DNA of 64,000 nt. Source: an uncultured delta proteobacterium (lineage in GTDB: Bacteria > Desulfobacterota > Binatia > UBA9968). The notes beneath the pieces are model-generated. The model was given only the letters and a program-made list of their open reading frames with translations. It made no database searches and had not been told where the DNA came from. The stretch lies in contig CAVSHR010000002.1 in assembly GCA_963727625.1 (NCBI GenBank), positions 480,001 to 544,000 on the forward strand, read 5' to 3'. Below, piece after piece: positions 19,781-29,895 of the stretch; position 1 is the stretch's first letter; the number at the start of each line of letters is the position of its first letter. A program made the translations under genes and the position numbers.

Positions 19781-21124
19781 CTAGGAGTTTTTTATTATTT
19801 TTCCGTAGATTTGTCTGGCATCCTGAAGGTTCTGATAGACCACTTCGCCATTTTGAGCTTGTTCGTTCTTGCGAGCTGCTTTGACAACCGCCAATATCGC
19901 AATCGGAAGCAAGATCAGCATCACAAATATCAAAGAAATCCAAATACCCAATCGGGAAATTTCTTTTCGAAAAGACGATCTGCCCGCGGACCTCGCGGTC
20001 CCAGCTCCTTGATTTCCGGCCGCAGCGCGTACAGTCGCGCCACTACCGGAGGCACTGCCCGAGATGCCAGCCGAGGCGCTGCCGGTATTACCATCCGATC
20101 CGGTATCCGAACCAGCGGCCGAATCGCCACCCGAGCCTCCGGCAGCACCAGACCCGCCATTTGAACCGCTGCCGAAGCCGCCGCCACTGCCACCCCCCGA
20201 ACTGCTGCCGGAACCACTGCCGGAGCCGCCAACCGAGCCACCGCCCGAACCGCTACCACTCGTACCGCCCGAACCACTTCCCGAGCCACCCCCTGAACCG
20301 GTAACGGAGCCACCGCCAGACCCACTGCCCGAACCACCACCACTGCTACCGCCTGAGCCGTTGCCGCTACCACCAATTGAACCGCTACCCGACCCGCCCC
20401 CTGAGCCACCAGCAGACCCACTGCCGGAGCCGCCAACCGAGCCACCGCCCGAACCGCTACCACTCGTACCGCCCGAACCACTTCCCGAGCCACCCCCTGA
20501 ACCGGTAACGGAGCCACCGCCAGACCCACTGCCCGAACCACCACCACTGCTACCGCCCGAGCCGTTGCCGCTACCACCAATTGAACCGCTACCCGACCCG
20601 CCCCCTGAGCCACCAGCAGACCCACTGCCGGAGCCGCCAACCGAGCCACTGCCCGAACCGCTACCACTCGTACCGCCCGAACCACTTCCCGAGCCACCCC
20701 CTGAACCGGTAACGGAGCCACCGCCAGACCCACTGCCCGAACCACCACCACTGCTACCGCCCGAGCCGTTGCCGCTACCACCAATTGAACCGCTACCCGA
20801 CCCGCCCCCTGAGCCGCCAGCAGACCCACCGCCAGAGCCGCCACCCGACCCACCACCCGAGCCACCGCCCGAACTCCCTCCAGAGCCGCTGCCGGAACCG
20901 GCTCCGCTGGTACCGCCAGATCCTGCGCCCGACCCGCCGCCCGTCGCGGAAATAGAACCACCGACGTCATTCCAAGCGGTTTGTAAACCTTGACCGATAT
21001 TTGTGTCGCGGATCCCCAACCAAAAGATCAGAGCGACTAGAAGCACGATAATCGTGTATTCAACCACACCTTGACCGCTGTGGTTCAAAACGAGTCTTTT
21101 CTCAAAGGATGCTAGGCTTTCCAT
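19781..21124 (-). CDS. Flp/type IV prepilin-like N-terminus fused to a Gly/Ser-rich repeat and a C-terminal TM anchor
   Basis: SG|QGVVEY plus hydrophobic helix (Flp motif E+5, Y+6); about 290 aa Gly/Ser low complexity; LGIWISLIFVMLILLPIAILAVVKAARK. Confidence 0.75.
   Translation of the reverse strand: MESLASFEKRLVLNHSGQGVVEYTIIVLLVALIFWLGIRDTNIGQGLQTAWNDVGGSISATGGGSGAGSGGTSGAGSGSGSGGSSGGGSGGGSGGGSGGGSAGGSGGGSGSGSIGGSGNGSGGSSGGGSGSGSGGGSVTGSGGGSGSGSGGTSGSGSGSGSVGGSGSGSAGGSGGGSGSGSIGGSGNGSGGSSGGGSGSGSGGGSVTGSGGGSGSGSGGTSGSGSGGGSVGGSGSGSAGGSGGGSGSGSIGGSGNGSGGSSGGGSGSGSGGGSVTGSGGGSGSGSGGTSGSGSGGGSVGGSGSGSGSSSGGGSGGGFGSGSNGGSGAAGGSGGDSAAGSDTGSDGNTGSASAGISGSASGSGATVRAAAGNQGAGTARSAGRSSFRKEISRLGIWISLIFVMLILLPIAILAVVKAARKNEQAQNGEVVYQNLQDARQIYGKIIKNS
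20214..20830. repeat. Three tandem near-identical 204-bp (68-codon) repeats
   Basis: CTGCCGGAGCCGCCAACCGAGCC recurs at 20217, 20421 and 20625. Confidence 0.9.
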
Positions 21125-21157
21125 GTAAGTTGCTTCCCTTCGAATCTCTGTAACTGA

Positions 21158-21172
21158 GCAATCTACAGGCCA
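21158..21172 (-). promoter_or_regulatory. Sigma54 -24/-12 promoter for the pilin-like gene
   Basis: TGGC-ctgtaga-TTGC on the minus strand, about 35 nt upstream of the ATG. Confidence 0.6.
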
Positions 21173-21796
21173 ACGCGATTGACCCCCAATTGAGGTGAAA
21201 AGCGTGCTCGTTATCGTGGGATGAATGGAAAATCTGAGGAATCTGGACCCGATAAATGCGCCACCGGGCTTTTTTGCCGCGGTTTTCCAGGTCGCTGAAT
21301 GATGTGACTAGTGTCAAAATTGGCAGGTACAAATTTTCCACGTGAAAGAGCTGTCGTGACTAGCGAATTGCTATGAGTTTTTTGAAATACGTCACGAGCC
21401 GACCCGTTCGATTGGGGTTGTAATTGGGAGGTCAAGGGATTTTACGGCAGGCTTTTTGCCCTTGGTCTTATGATGCTAGACCAAACCGCCCGCCGCAAAG
21501 GACTTTTGCGATTGCTCGCGCGAGAATCAAGACCGACAGAATGAGATCTATGAATTACAGCTTTGCTGCCCGCCGCTCATACCCCAACTCAAGCTGTCCG
21601 AGATAGGCGGACCGTGCCCCGGCTGTTAGCTCGAGCCGCTTGGATTGTTCGATCGTTTCGTGATCGAATTTCTCGCCAAAAGCTGGTTGTCTCCCAAGCC
21701 ATTCATGCTCCACAATACTCCACATGGCGTGAATAGAGTTGCAAAAGTCCTCGCGGTTAAACGGTTAAAGAACGCAACTCTGTCGACAGCGGCAAG

Positions 21797-22444
21797 TTAC
21801 TTAGATGGAGTCGTAAACAACGCTTCGTTGGTGTAGCCAGAACTTCCAATAATATTGACCGCTTTAATCCGGTAGAGATAGCTCCGATTCGGTAAAACTG
21901 AATGATCAACGAAGCCGGTGATATTAGCTCCGACCTTGCCGACCATCGTCCACGAGCCGGTACAGTATGCGAGTTTTTTGGGGCCGTCGCGTTTGAGGCT
22001 TATTTGATCGCAGCGCTCGATGACGAAACCCTGCTCGTTGTTTGAGTTGTCGGACCAGGCGAGCCGAACGGATACAGCAGACGCTTTCGTGGGTTCGACC
22101 GCGCTCTCCCGAGGTTTAGTTTCGCTCGTGCCGCACTGTTCAACGCGCGTACCGTTGGCATTCCGCGATGCCACGCATGTTGCTTGCCGATTTCCGGCGG
22201 CGTCGCCGGAAACCATGGCCACCGCCTTGCACGCCATAACGCCGAGCATAGAACACTCCTCGATGGGTTCCCCTCGAAGGGGAAATTGCGCCATTGGCGC
22301 CGGGCCCCTTTGGGGTTCGGTGGAGCAGGTTGAAAGCGCAGTGATGAAGATCGCGCTTAGGCAGAGCGAGACCGTCCATCCGCGGGGATCAACCCGACGC
22401 GTATCGAACTTTGGCGACGCAGGGAGTTTTTGTTGGCGTGTCAT
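21797..22444 (-). CDS. Putative lipoprotein with a C-terminal fibronectin type III domain
   Basis: Hydrophobic signal ending LSTC; VRLAWSDNSNNEQGFVIER...YLYRIKAVN..GSSGY FN3 signature. Confidence 0.75.
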   Translation of the reverse strand: MTRQQKLPASPKFDTRRVDPRGWTVSLCLSAIFITALSTCSTEPQRGPAPMAQFPLRGEPIEECSMLGVMACKAVAMVSGDAAGNRQATCVASRNANGTRVEQCGTSETKPRESAVEPTKASAVSVRLAWSDNSNNEQGFVIERCDQISLKRDGPKKLAYCTGSWTMVGKVGANITGFVDHSVLPNRSYLYRIKAVNIIGSSGYTNEALFTTPSK

Positions 22445-22862
22445 TGCCCGGTATCAAATCTGGCGCTATCCCAATTTCCGTGCGAGTAATGGTTGTTTAT
22501 AGCTTGAGATGCTCGTGTTCAATCGTACCAGGCGATCCATCGGGTAAAATGGGGGATGATGCGGATTAACCAAGCGCAATCCGAACTTGAGTTGGGCAAC
22601 CTCAGCCGGCACAGTGCGTCGATTCGGTGGATCTGTTACCCTGTCCTATCGTGCGTCGTCTGTAGGCCCAATCGTAGATGATTCTAAAGTTTGAACAGGA
22701 GCCAAAAAGCGCCGATACGAGGTCAAGCGCGCATGTTGGAACAGTGCTCTACGCTTGGCGCCATAAGGTACGGCGCTGTCTCGACACGATCCGGCGACAC
22801 CGCCGTCCAACGACGGTCAGCAGGCGCAGCGGAAACTCAACCACCGCAGGGAGGCATCTAAA

Positions 22863-23231
22863 TTGAAAACCAATGGCTCGATCCTTTGTTTATGCGGAAT
22901 CGTCGTTTTGTTTATTTTAACGGTTACCTATTTGCCGCAGAGTGAATTCGTTTTTGCTCAAGGCTTCGGGCAAGACCCAAAAAAAGAGACTCAAGAGCCA
23001 AAAAAGAGTTCCCCTGGTTTTGAGGATGATCAGAGTGCCATGTGTCTCTCTGCCCAGCGGCAAGCGAAACAGATTGCGTCAATCGTTGAAGCTTATTCCC
23101 GCCGATTGGCTGCGTGTGCGACTTCCAATCCTAGCTTTCGCGCCGATTGTTCGATCGATTTTAGGCGGTTGGTCTCGAGCTATAATCAGTACGAGCTTGC
23201 CGTGTCGTCGGTGCGCAACTACTGTAAGTAA
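22863..23231 (+). CDS. Small secreted Cys-containing hypothetical protein
   Basis: GGGAGG RBS before TTG; signal peptide ending VFA; four Cys in a helical C-terminal domain. Confidence 0.6.
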   Translation: MKTNGSILCLCGIVVLFILTVTYLPQSEFVFAQGFGQDPKKETQEPKKSSPGFEDDQSAMCLSAQRQAKQIASIVEAYSRRLAACATSNPSFRADCSIDFRRLVSSYNQYELAVSSVRNYCK

Positions 23232-23279
23232 TGGGGGAGGGAAGAAAGGACCTCGCGAACCTTTTTCCTTCTTGGCAGC

Positions 23280-23540
23280 CTACGGGGTGGCGTAGAAAAG
23301 CACCGCGTTGTTGTAGAGCATCTGGCGCTTATGGGCTTCCGAAAGATCCCTTCTGTCGAGGAGAGCGTCGGCGGCGTTGTCGCGGCCTTCACCGTGCGGG
23401 AAGTCCGAAGAAAAAAGGATCTGCTTCTCGCCGATCAACGCGATCTCTTGCGGCAGCATCGGATCGTGAGCTTCGGGCGAAACAGAAAGTTGCCCGGAGC
23501 TCAAGTATTTTTCGATCGCCTTTTGTGAAATTCTGGGGAT
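23280..23540 (-). pseudogene. C-terminal remnant of an amidohydrolase_2 gene
   Basis: ILFSSDFPH and MLYNNA motifs with no N-terminal part. Confidence 0.7.
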
Positions 23541-23794
23541 ACAATGCTGATTTAACCCTGCGTTATCTTTTTCCCCTTTCACACCGCAATCGAATCCTCA
23601 TGCGACCGCAAAAAATTCTCCCACGCCGAACGCGACGGCGCGACTTGTTCTTGTAGCTTCTACTTGCCGCGTTCGCTGATCGGCGTGAATTGACGCGGCG
23701 TGGCGGTCTTGTTCCAGCGGCAACATAAGCCGCAGGCGATTATGATGCCGGTAACGAGTTGGCTGAGCAGGCGCGCATCGCCAATCTGTTTCGA

Positions 23795-24841
23795 CTACGC
23801 TGCACGACTGCTCGTCCGGCGCAGCGCGACGCTGGCGATCCATGCCAGTAGGAGGATCGCTGCGATCAAGCTGAGCAGAAAAAACACGAAGCTGGCCCAT
23901 TCGCCGCGCACCGGCATTTTGGAGGGATCGAACCATTTTACTAGCTCGGTGAATTGCACCCACTGGCGGGCGATGGCGTTGGCGGCGAGGACGACGAGCT
24001 GCGTGACAACCAGCGCAACGCCTGTGGCGCGCGTCGGCTTGCGCCGGTAGGCGATGGCGAGCAGCGCGCCGCCGATCACGGCGCCGCCAGCGATGCCGAA
24101 CCAGAGACCCGGAAGTTTTTGCATGACCGAGGCGGCGTAGATGGCGCCGGCGGCGCCGTATACCAACGCGCCGAGGAGATAGAGTAAGACCAGGCTGCGC
24201 ACGTCGCTCTTATAATTTGCCTCTTGAGTGAAGCATTCGGCGTCCAGCACGAGATACGCGGCCAGGGTGCCGAAGGCCATGCCGACGACCAGGAGAAAGC
24301 GCAGGATCACTTCGAGATCGAGAAAGAGGTGAAATCCATAGGTCGCCCCACCTTGATTAGCGCTCAAAAAGATTTTCGCCCATTCCTGGGGATTGGCCGT
24401 GAGCGTCATGGCGGATGAAAACATCAGTCCGATGATCGACAAGAGGATCGTTGCGGTGAGCGCGGTGGCGACGCGGAACTTGCCGAAGCTGGCTAAATAA
24501 ACGGCGTAGTAGGCGACCAGCAGCAACGGGATGACGAAAAACCAGAACCAGGCTTGCAGAATCGTCGCGGGATAAAAAAACTGCGGATAGATCGTCTGCA
24601 AAAACAGCAGCGGCACGATGCCGGCGTTGATGCCGAAGGCCATGAAAAAAGGCAGAGCGTGAAATAGACGTTCAGCCACCGCCGGCTTGGAACGGAGCAG
24701 ATAGAGCGCGGTGGGCAGGCCGGCCACCCAGAGATTCATGAAGATCAGGTGCAGGAAAAAGCCGAAGACCTTGAGCGCGAGCAGTATCCACAAAGGCACC
24801 GGCAGGCCCAACGGGTCGGGCGCGGGAATCAAAGCCATCAT
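23795..24841 (-). CDS. Polytopic membrane protein, cytochrome bd superfamily partner (OR-N-like)
   Basis: LHLIFMN His in the first helix, GIVPLLFLQ.IY, about 10 TM segments; overlaps the upstream cydA-like gene. Confidence 0.6.
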   Translation of the reverse strand: MMALIPAPDPLGLPVPLWILLALKVFGFFLHLIFMNLWVAGLPTALYLLRSKPAVAERLFHALPFFMAFGINAGIVPLLFLQTIYPQFFYPATILQAWFWFFVIPLLLVAYYAVYLASFGKFRVATALTATILLSIIGLMFSSAMTLTANPQEWAKIFLSANQGGATYGFHLFLDLEVILRFLLVVGMAFGTLAAYLVLDAECFTQEANYKSDVRSLVLLYLLGALVYGAAGAIYAASVMQKLPGLWFGIAGGAVIGGALLAIAYRRKPTRATGVALVVTQLVVLAANAIARQWVQFTELVKWFDPSKMPVRGEWASFVFFLLSLIAAILLLAWIASVALRRTSSRAA

Positions 24842-26163
24842 TTTGCATGCGCCTCGCGATTGAGCTCGACGAGATAAGCCGCCAAAGCATCGCGCTCGGC
24901 GTCGGTGCCGAGCCAGGGCGGCATGGCCGGATTGGTGCGGTGCAGATTGCGCACCGCGTCGCCGATCAATTCCGGCGTCCAGGGATAGATGATCGGCGTA
25001 ATGCCGTTGTAGCCGTAGAAGGCATGGCAGGAGCCGCAGTGATATTGAAAGATTCCCGCGCCGGCGGCGACCAGGCGGGCATTTTCTCCTGCCGTGCGAC
25101 TAACATTTTGGGTCGCGTTTCTGAGATGAAACCTGAGCCAGCGGCTGTGGGCGATAAAGCCTTCGCGCTGCAGCGTCGGAATCTGCTCGACTCGTACGCC
25201 CGGCGCGATCAGATAATTTTCGATGCGATAGGGTTTGCGCGCGCCCTCACGGACGAATTCGCCCGTGGTGGTGGCGACCGCGCCAGCGAGCAAGAGCAAG
25301 AGCGCGCTCGGCGGCGTGATCCAGCGCGCGCCGGAGACTATGCCCCAGGCCAGCGCGGCGATGACCATCAGGGCGACGGAAAAATTGAGCGCGGTCATGA
25401 TCAACAGGATCGGCGCGCGCAACATGTTCAGCTTGGCATTGTCAGGGGTCACGATCAGATACCAAACGCTGCCGACCGCGATCAGCGCCATGCCGGCGAG
25501 CGCCCACTGGGAGACCGAGCGAATGACACCGTCTTTCAAATCCGAGCGGTCCGATTGAAACGAGGCGTGAAAGGCGATGCCGAGAGCCGCAATGACGATC
25601 GACCCCCCGGTGCGCAGCAGCGTTTGCGGCAGGAACGACGGATTGAACAACGCGGCGAAAAAACTTTGCTCCTTGGTCCAGCCGCCGGAGGTGAGCATGA
25701 ACGCGGTGATGCCGGTGATGATGACAAGACTCACCCAGGCGGCGCCGGCGTAGATCCAGCCGATGATCACATGCTCGCGCGGCGTCGCCCGGTCCCAGAG
25801 ATAGTAAAAGGCGAAAGCCGCAGCGATCTCTACGACAAAGGCCGCCCACTCCGCGGCCCAGCCGAAAACGAATATATGAATCAGCGCGCTGGTGGTTTCC
25901 GGGCTCGCCAGGCCGATGGTCCACCAGATGCCGACCCCGGTGACCGCTCCGAAAACCACGGTGATCAGGATGAAAAAACGCGCCAGACCGCGCAGGTAAA
26001 CGAGCGTCTCGGCGTCATGATCGCGGCGGGCGCGGCGCACCAGGTCAGCGAGCAAAATGCCGGCGCCGACGGCGAACTGGGCGACGATGACATGGGGCAC
26101 CGCGATCAGCGGAATGAGCATCGGCGCGGTCAAGAAGGGGACGTACCAGAAAGGAAATTCCAT
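24838..26163 (-). CDS. CydA-like membrane protein fused to a C-terminal cytochrome c (OR-C-like)
   Basis: PHVIVAQFAVG, FGAVTGVGIW, WAAEWAAFVVE, EFVREGARKPY resemble CydA motifs; CGSCH heme c motif and MPP axial Met. Confidence 0.75.
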   Translation of the reverse strand: MEFPFWYVPFLTAPMLIPLIAVPHVIVAQFAVGAGILLADLVRRARRDHDAETLVYLRGLARFFILITVVFGAVTGVGIWWTIGLASPETTSALIHIFVFGWAAEWAAFVVEIAAAFAFYYLWDRATPREHVIIGWIYAGAAWVSLVIITGITAFMLTSGGWTKEQSFFAALFNPSFLPQTLLRTGGSIVIAALGIAFHASFQSDRSDLKDGVIRSVSQWALAGMALIAVGSVWYLIVTPDNAKLNMLRAPILLIMTALNFSVALMVIAALAWGIVSGARWITPPSALLLLLAGAVATTTGEFVREGARKPYRIENYLIAPGVRVEQIPTLQREGFIAHSRWLRFHLRNATQNVSRTAGENARLVAAGAGIFQYHCGSCHAFYGYNGITPIIYPWTPELIGDAVRNLHRTNPAMPPWLGTDAERDALAAYLVELNREAHAK

Positions 26164-26363
26164 AACTCTCTTACTTTCAGGCTAATCAATTGCTCGTGTG
26201 ATCACAACGATGTGCACCGTAGAGTTGCGCTGCGGTTGGCGCGGCACTGCAGGCATATTGCTCATCAGGCTATGCGGACCCTGCCCCAGCACGGCCCTTG
26301 AGACAACCGGCAGTATTCTGTATTTAAAAGGCTTACACGTAAACCAGCCCAAGCGAGGGAACC

Positions 26364-28082
26364 ATGGCAGCTCCAAGCAGCGTTGATAGTAAAAAAGAAG
26401 CGACCGGCCCGGTGATTTCCGGCGGACACTTGGTCGCCATGGCGCTCAAGAACGAAGGCGTCGAGGTGATCTGGACGCTCTGCGGCGGCCATATCATCGA
26501 TATCTATGACGGCTGCCTCGACGAAGGCATCAAGATCATCGACGTGCGCCACGAGCAGGTGGCGGCACACGCAGCCGACGGTTACTCGCGCCAGAGCGGC
26601 AAGATCGGCTGCGTCGTGACCACGGCGGGGCCGGGCACGACCAATGCGATGACCGGCATCGCCAACGCCTTTCGCGCCGAAAGCCCGCTGTTGATGATCG
26701 GCGGCCAGGGCGCGCTCTCGCAGCACAAGATGGGCTCGCTGCAAGACTTGCCGCACGTCGACATGATGACGCCGATCACCAAGTTCGCCGCCAGCGTGCC
26801 GCATACCGAGCGCATCGCCGACATGGTCTCGATGGCCTTTCGTGAGTCGGTCAACGGCGCGCCGGGGCCGAGCTATCTGGAAATTCCCCGCGACGTGCTC
26901 GACGCCAAGGTGCCGCTAGAGCGGGCGCGCATTCCCAAGCCGGGCGCCTATCGCGCCTCGACGAAATCGATCGGCGACCCCGCCGACATTGAAAAGCTCG
27001 CCGATATTCTGGTCAATTCCGAAAAGCCTTGCGCGCTGTTCGGCACCCAGGTATGGACCAGCCGCGGCCACGATGCGGCGGTGGAGTTCTGCCGCGCGCT
27101 CAACATCCCGGGCTACATGAACGGTTCCGGCCGCGGCATTTTCGCGCCGGGCGATCCGCATGGATTTAACCGCACTCGCCGGCTCGCCTTCGACAAGGCC
27201 GACGTGATTTTGATCGTCGGTTGCCCGTTCGATTTCCGCCTGGGTTATGGCCGGCGGCTGCGCGCCGACGCGACCGTCGTGCAGATCGATCTTGATTATC
27301 GCAATGTCGGCAAGAATCGCGACATCAAGCTCGGCTTGGTCGGCGATTGCGGCGCGATCCTGAAAGCCGTCGCGCAGGCGGCGACGGGGCGCGCCTCGAA
27401 GGGCAACGGCCAGCGCGCCGAGTGGATGAAAGAGCTGCGTGCCGCGGAAGCCAAAGCCTATGAAAAACTCTTGCCCTCGTTCAAATCGGAGTCCGTGCCG
27501 ATCAATCCCTATCGGGTCGCCTACGAGATCAACGATTTTCTCACCGACAACACGGTTTACATCGGCGATGGCGGGGACGTGGTGACAATCACCGCCACGG
27601 CGGTGGAGCCGCGCAAGGCCGGCAACTGGATGGATCCGGGGCCGCTGGGCACGCTCGGCGTCGGCACTTCGTTCGCGATGGCGACCAAGTTCGTCCATCC
27701 GAAGAAAGAGGTGCTGTGCTACTACGGCGACGGTTCCTTCGGCATGACGTCTTGGGACATGGAAACGGCGCAGCGCTTCAAGCTGCCGTACATGGCGGTG
27801 ATTGGCAACAACTCGGCGATGAACCAGATCCGCTGCGGCCAGATCGGCAAGTACGGTCCCGAGCGCGGCTCTGTCGGCAACAAACTCGGCGATGTCGATT
27901 TCGAAAAATTCGCCGAGTGTTTCGGCGGCTGGGGCATCGCGGTGCGCGAGCCGGGCCAGATCCGCCCGGCGTTGGAAAAGGCGCGCGAGCGCGTCGCCGG
28001 CGGACAGTGCGCCATCGTCAACATCTGGGTCGACATCAACGAATACGCGCCCGGCACCAAGGCGCAGACGATGTATAAGTAG
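26364..28082 (+). CDS. ThDP-dependent enzyme (oxalyl-CoA decarboxylase / 2-hydroxyacyl-CoA lyase-like)
   Basis: VRHEQ, TAGPG, GDGSFG...NN ThDP motif, MDPGPLGTLGVG; adjacent to frc. Confidence 0.8.
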   Translation: MAAPSSVDSKKEATGPVISGGHLVAMALKNEGVEVIWTLCGGHIIDIYDGCLDEGIKIIDVRHEQVAAHAADGYSRQSGKIGCVVTTAGPGTTNAMTGIANAFRAESPLLMIGGQGALSQHKMGSLQDLPHVDMMTPITKFAASVPHTERIADMVSMAFRESVNGAPGPSYLEIPRDVLDAKVPLERARIPKPGAYRASTKSIGDPADIEKLADILVNSEKPCALFGTQVWTSRGHDAAVEFCRALNIPGYMNGSGRGIFAPGDPHGFNRTRRLAFDKADVILIVGCPFDFRLGYGRRLRADATVVQIDLDYRNVGKNRDIKLGLVGDCGAILKAVAQAATGRASKGNGQRAEWMKELRAAEAKAYEKLLPSFKSESVPINPYRVAYEINDFLTDNTVYIGDGGDVVTITATAVEPRKAGNWMDPGPLGTLGVGTSFAMATKFVHPKKEVLCYYGDGSFGMTSWDMETAQRFKLPYMAVIGNNSAMNQIRCGQIGKYGPERGSVGNKLGDVDFEKFAECFGGWGIAVREPGQIRPALEKARERVAGGQCAIVNIWVDINEYAPGTKAQTMYK

Positions 28083-28120
28083 ACTTGGTTGCAACGGTGT
28101 CAAAACTAAACTTCGGATGA

Positions 28121-28199
28121 TCTCCCGCAAAGGCGCAAAGCTCGCGAAGGGAAAAAACCGCTTTCCGAGCTTAGCGCCTTGGCGTCTTTGCGGGAGAAA
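28121..28199. repeat. Intergenic palindromic repeat with 9-nt-period arms (family A)
   Basis: TCTCCCGCAAAGGCGCAAAGCTCGCGAAG...CTTAGCGCCTTGGCGTCTTTGCGGGAGA; related copies at 55041 and 59313. Confidence 0.75.
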
Positions 28200-28230
28200 C
28201 ATTCTAGTCTTCTAAGGAGACGGTGAATCG

Positions 28231-29472
28231 ATGGGAAAAGCGCTCGATGGAATTCGCATACTCGATATGACCCATGTGCAGTCGGGCCCGACCTGCACGC
28301 AGATTTTGGCCTGGTTCGGCGCCGACGTGCTCAAGGTCGAGCTGCCGGGGCGCGGCGATATCACCCGCGGCCAGCTGCGCGACAAACCCGGCGTCGATAG
28401 TCTCTATTTCACCATGCTTAACAGCAACAAGCGCAGCATCACGATCAACACCAAGAACGAAAAGGGCAAAGAGATATTTCGCAAGCTGATCAAAGCCTGC
28501 GACGTGCTGGTGGAAAACTTCGCCCCCGGCGCGCTCGATCGCCAGGGCTTTACCTGGGAAGTCATTCACGAGCTCAACCCGCGCATGATCTACGCCTCCG
28601 TCAAAGGTTTCGGTCCCGGCCCCTACGAAGAGTGCAAGGTTTATGAAAACATCGCTCAGTGCACCGGCGGCGCGGCGAGCACGACGGGATTCGACGACGG
28701 GCCGCCGCTGGTTACGGGCGCGCAGATCGGCGACTCCGGCACCGGTCTTCATCTCGTCGCGGGAATCTTGGCGGCGCTTTTCCAGCGCGAGAGATCGGGC
28801 CAGGGCCAGCGCGTCAGCTGCGCGATGCAGGACGCGGTGCTCAATCTCTGCCGCGTCAAGCTGCGCGATCAGCAGCGTCTCGTGGCGGGGCCGCTGATGG
28901 AATATCCGCAGTATCCCAACGGCGTCTTCGGCGACGCCGTGCCGCGCGCCGGCAACGCCTCGGGCGGTGGCCAGCCCGGTTGGGCGGTGCGCACCAGGGG
29001 CGGGGGGCCCAACGATTACATTTACGTTATCATCCAGCCGCCGGGCTGGGAGCCGCTGATGAAGCTTTGCGGCCGTCTGGAATTGATCACCGATCCCGAG
29101 TGGGCGACGCCGGAGAAGCGTTTGCCGAAGCTCGACAAGTGTTTCGAGGTCATTGAGCAATGGACGATGACCCTCGACAAACAAGAAGTCATGCGCAAGC
29201 TCAATCAATTCGACGTGCCCTGCGGACCGATCCTCGACATGGGCGAGATCGCCGCCGAACAAGCGCTGCGCGAAACCGGCACCGTCGTTGAAGTGGATCA
29301 TCCGAAGCGTGGCAAGTTTCTCACCGTGGGCAATCCGATCAAATTGTCCGATTCGCCGACCGAGGTGAAACCCTCGCCGTCCCTCGGCGAGCACACCGAT
29401 GAGATTTTGAAATCCATCGTCGGTTGGAGCGACGCGGAGATCGCCGCGGCGCGCAAAGAAGGCGCAGTCTGA
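28231..29472 (+). CDS. frc: Formyl-CoA transferase (CoA-transferase family III)
   Basis: [33 protein letters not shown] (catalytic Asp), [12 protein letters not shown]. Confidence 0.92.
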   Translation: MGKALDGIRILDMTHVQSGPTCTQILAWFGADVLKVELPGRGDITRGQLRDKPGVDSLYFTMLNSNKRSITINTKNEKGKEIFRKLIKACDVLVENFAPGALDRQGFTWEVIHELNPRMIYASVKGFGPGPYEECKVYENIAQCTGGAASTTGFDDGPPLVTGAQIGDSGTGLHLVAGILAALFQRERSGQGQRVSCAMQDAVLNLCRVKLRDQQRLVAGPLMEYPQYPNGVFGDAVPRAGNASGGGQPGWAVRTRGGGPNDYIYVIIQPPGWEPLMKLCGRLELITDPEWATPEKRLPKLDKCFEVIEQWTMTLDKQEVMRKLNQFDVPCGPILDMGEIAAEQALRETGTVVEVDHPKRGKFLTVGNPIKLSDSPTEVKPSPSLGEHTDEILKSIVGWSDAEIAAARKEGAV

Positions 29473-29570
29473 TTCGGCACCGGGAGACAACAACACTGGC
29501 AGCCTGCCATCAAACTTTAATCCGTCTCGGGGAAAAATCTGCCACGCGGGTCGGGCTTGGTGAAGTTATT

Positions 29571-29663
29571 GTTCGTGGTTCGACTGGGCTGCTCACCACG
29601 AACGGTGAGGTTTTATTAAAGGTTAAGCCTTTGTCCGTTCGCCCTGAGCGGCGTCGAAGGGCT
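29571..29663. repeat. REP-like inverted repeat pair
   Basis: GGTTCGAC..GCTCACCACGAACGG facing CCGTTCGCCCTGAGC..GTCGAAGGG; related CCCTTCGACACGGCTCAGGGC at 55112. Confidence 0.65.
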
Positions 29664-29895
29664 CCCAGACCGTTTCCACACACCACTCTCGCTGGGAAAC
29701 ACAAACTGTTTATCGTGTGTACCGTCGCTTCGAGCCCCTCGGCGTTGATCGAGGTGGACTCCGCAAGAAATCTTTTTCGCTCCGCGCTCCTCGCGAGTCG
29801 ACTAAAACGACGGCCAGGACGGTCGAAAAATAGCCGACGATCATTGCTGTCTGTTTTCAATTCATCAGTAATATACTCAGGCTTCGGAGGTCTTG

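Noticed and set aside
20214-20830. Regular repeats as a possible CRISPR array
   Set aside because: Contiguous 204-bp coding repeats with no unique spacers, and no cas genes.
20064-20993. 309-aa Pro/Glu-rich ORF on the plus strand and an alternative Ala/Val-rich frame (19930-20970)
   Set aside because: Shadow frames of the Gly/Ser repeat. The 19781-21124 frame has the pilin motif, promoter and TM anchor.
21180-21434. Imperfect inverted repeats TGACCCCCAATT / AATTGGGAGGTCA as a MITE
   Set aside because: Short and imperfect, with no target-site duplication or second copy in the window.
24847-29496. Long antisense ORFs (24847-26301, 26916-28202, 28204-29496; also 8351-9427)
   Set aside because: Typical high-GC mirror frames opposite well-supported genes, with no motifs.
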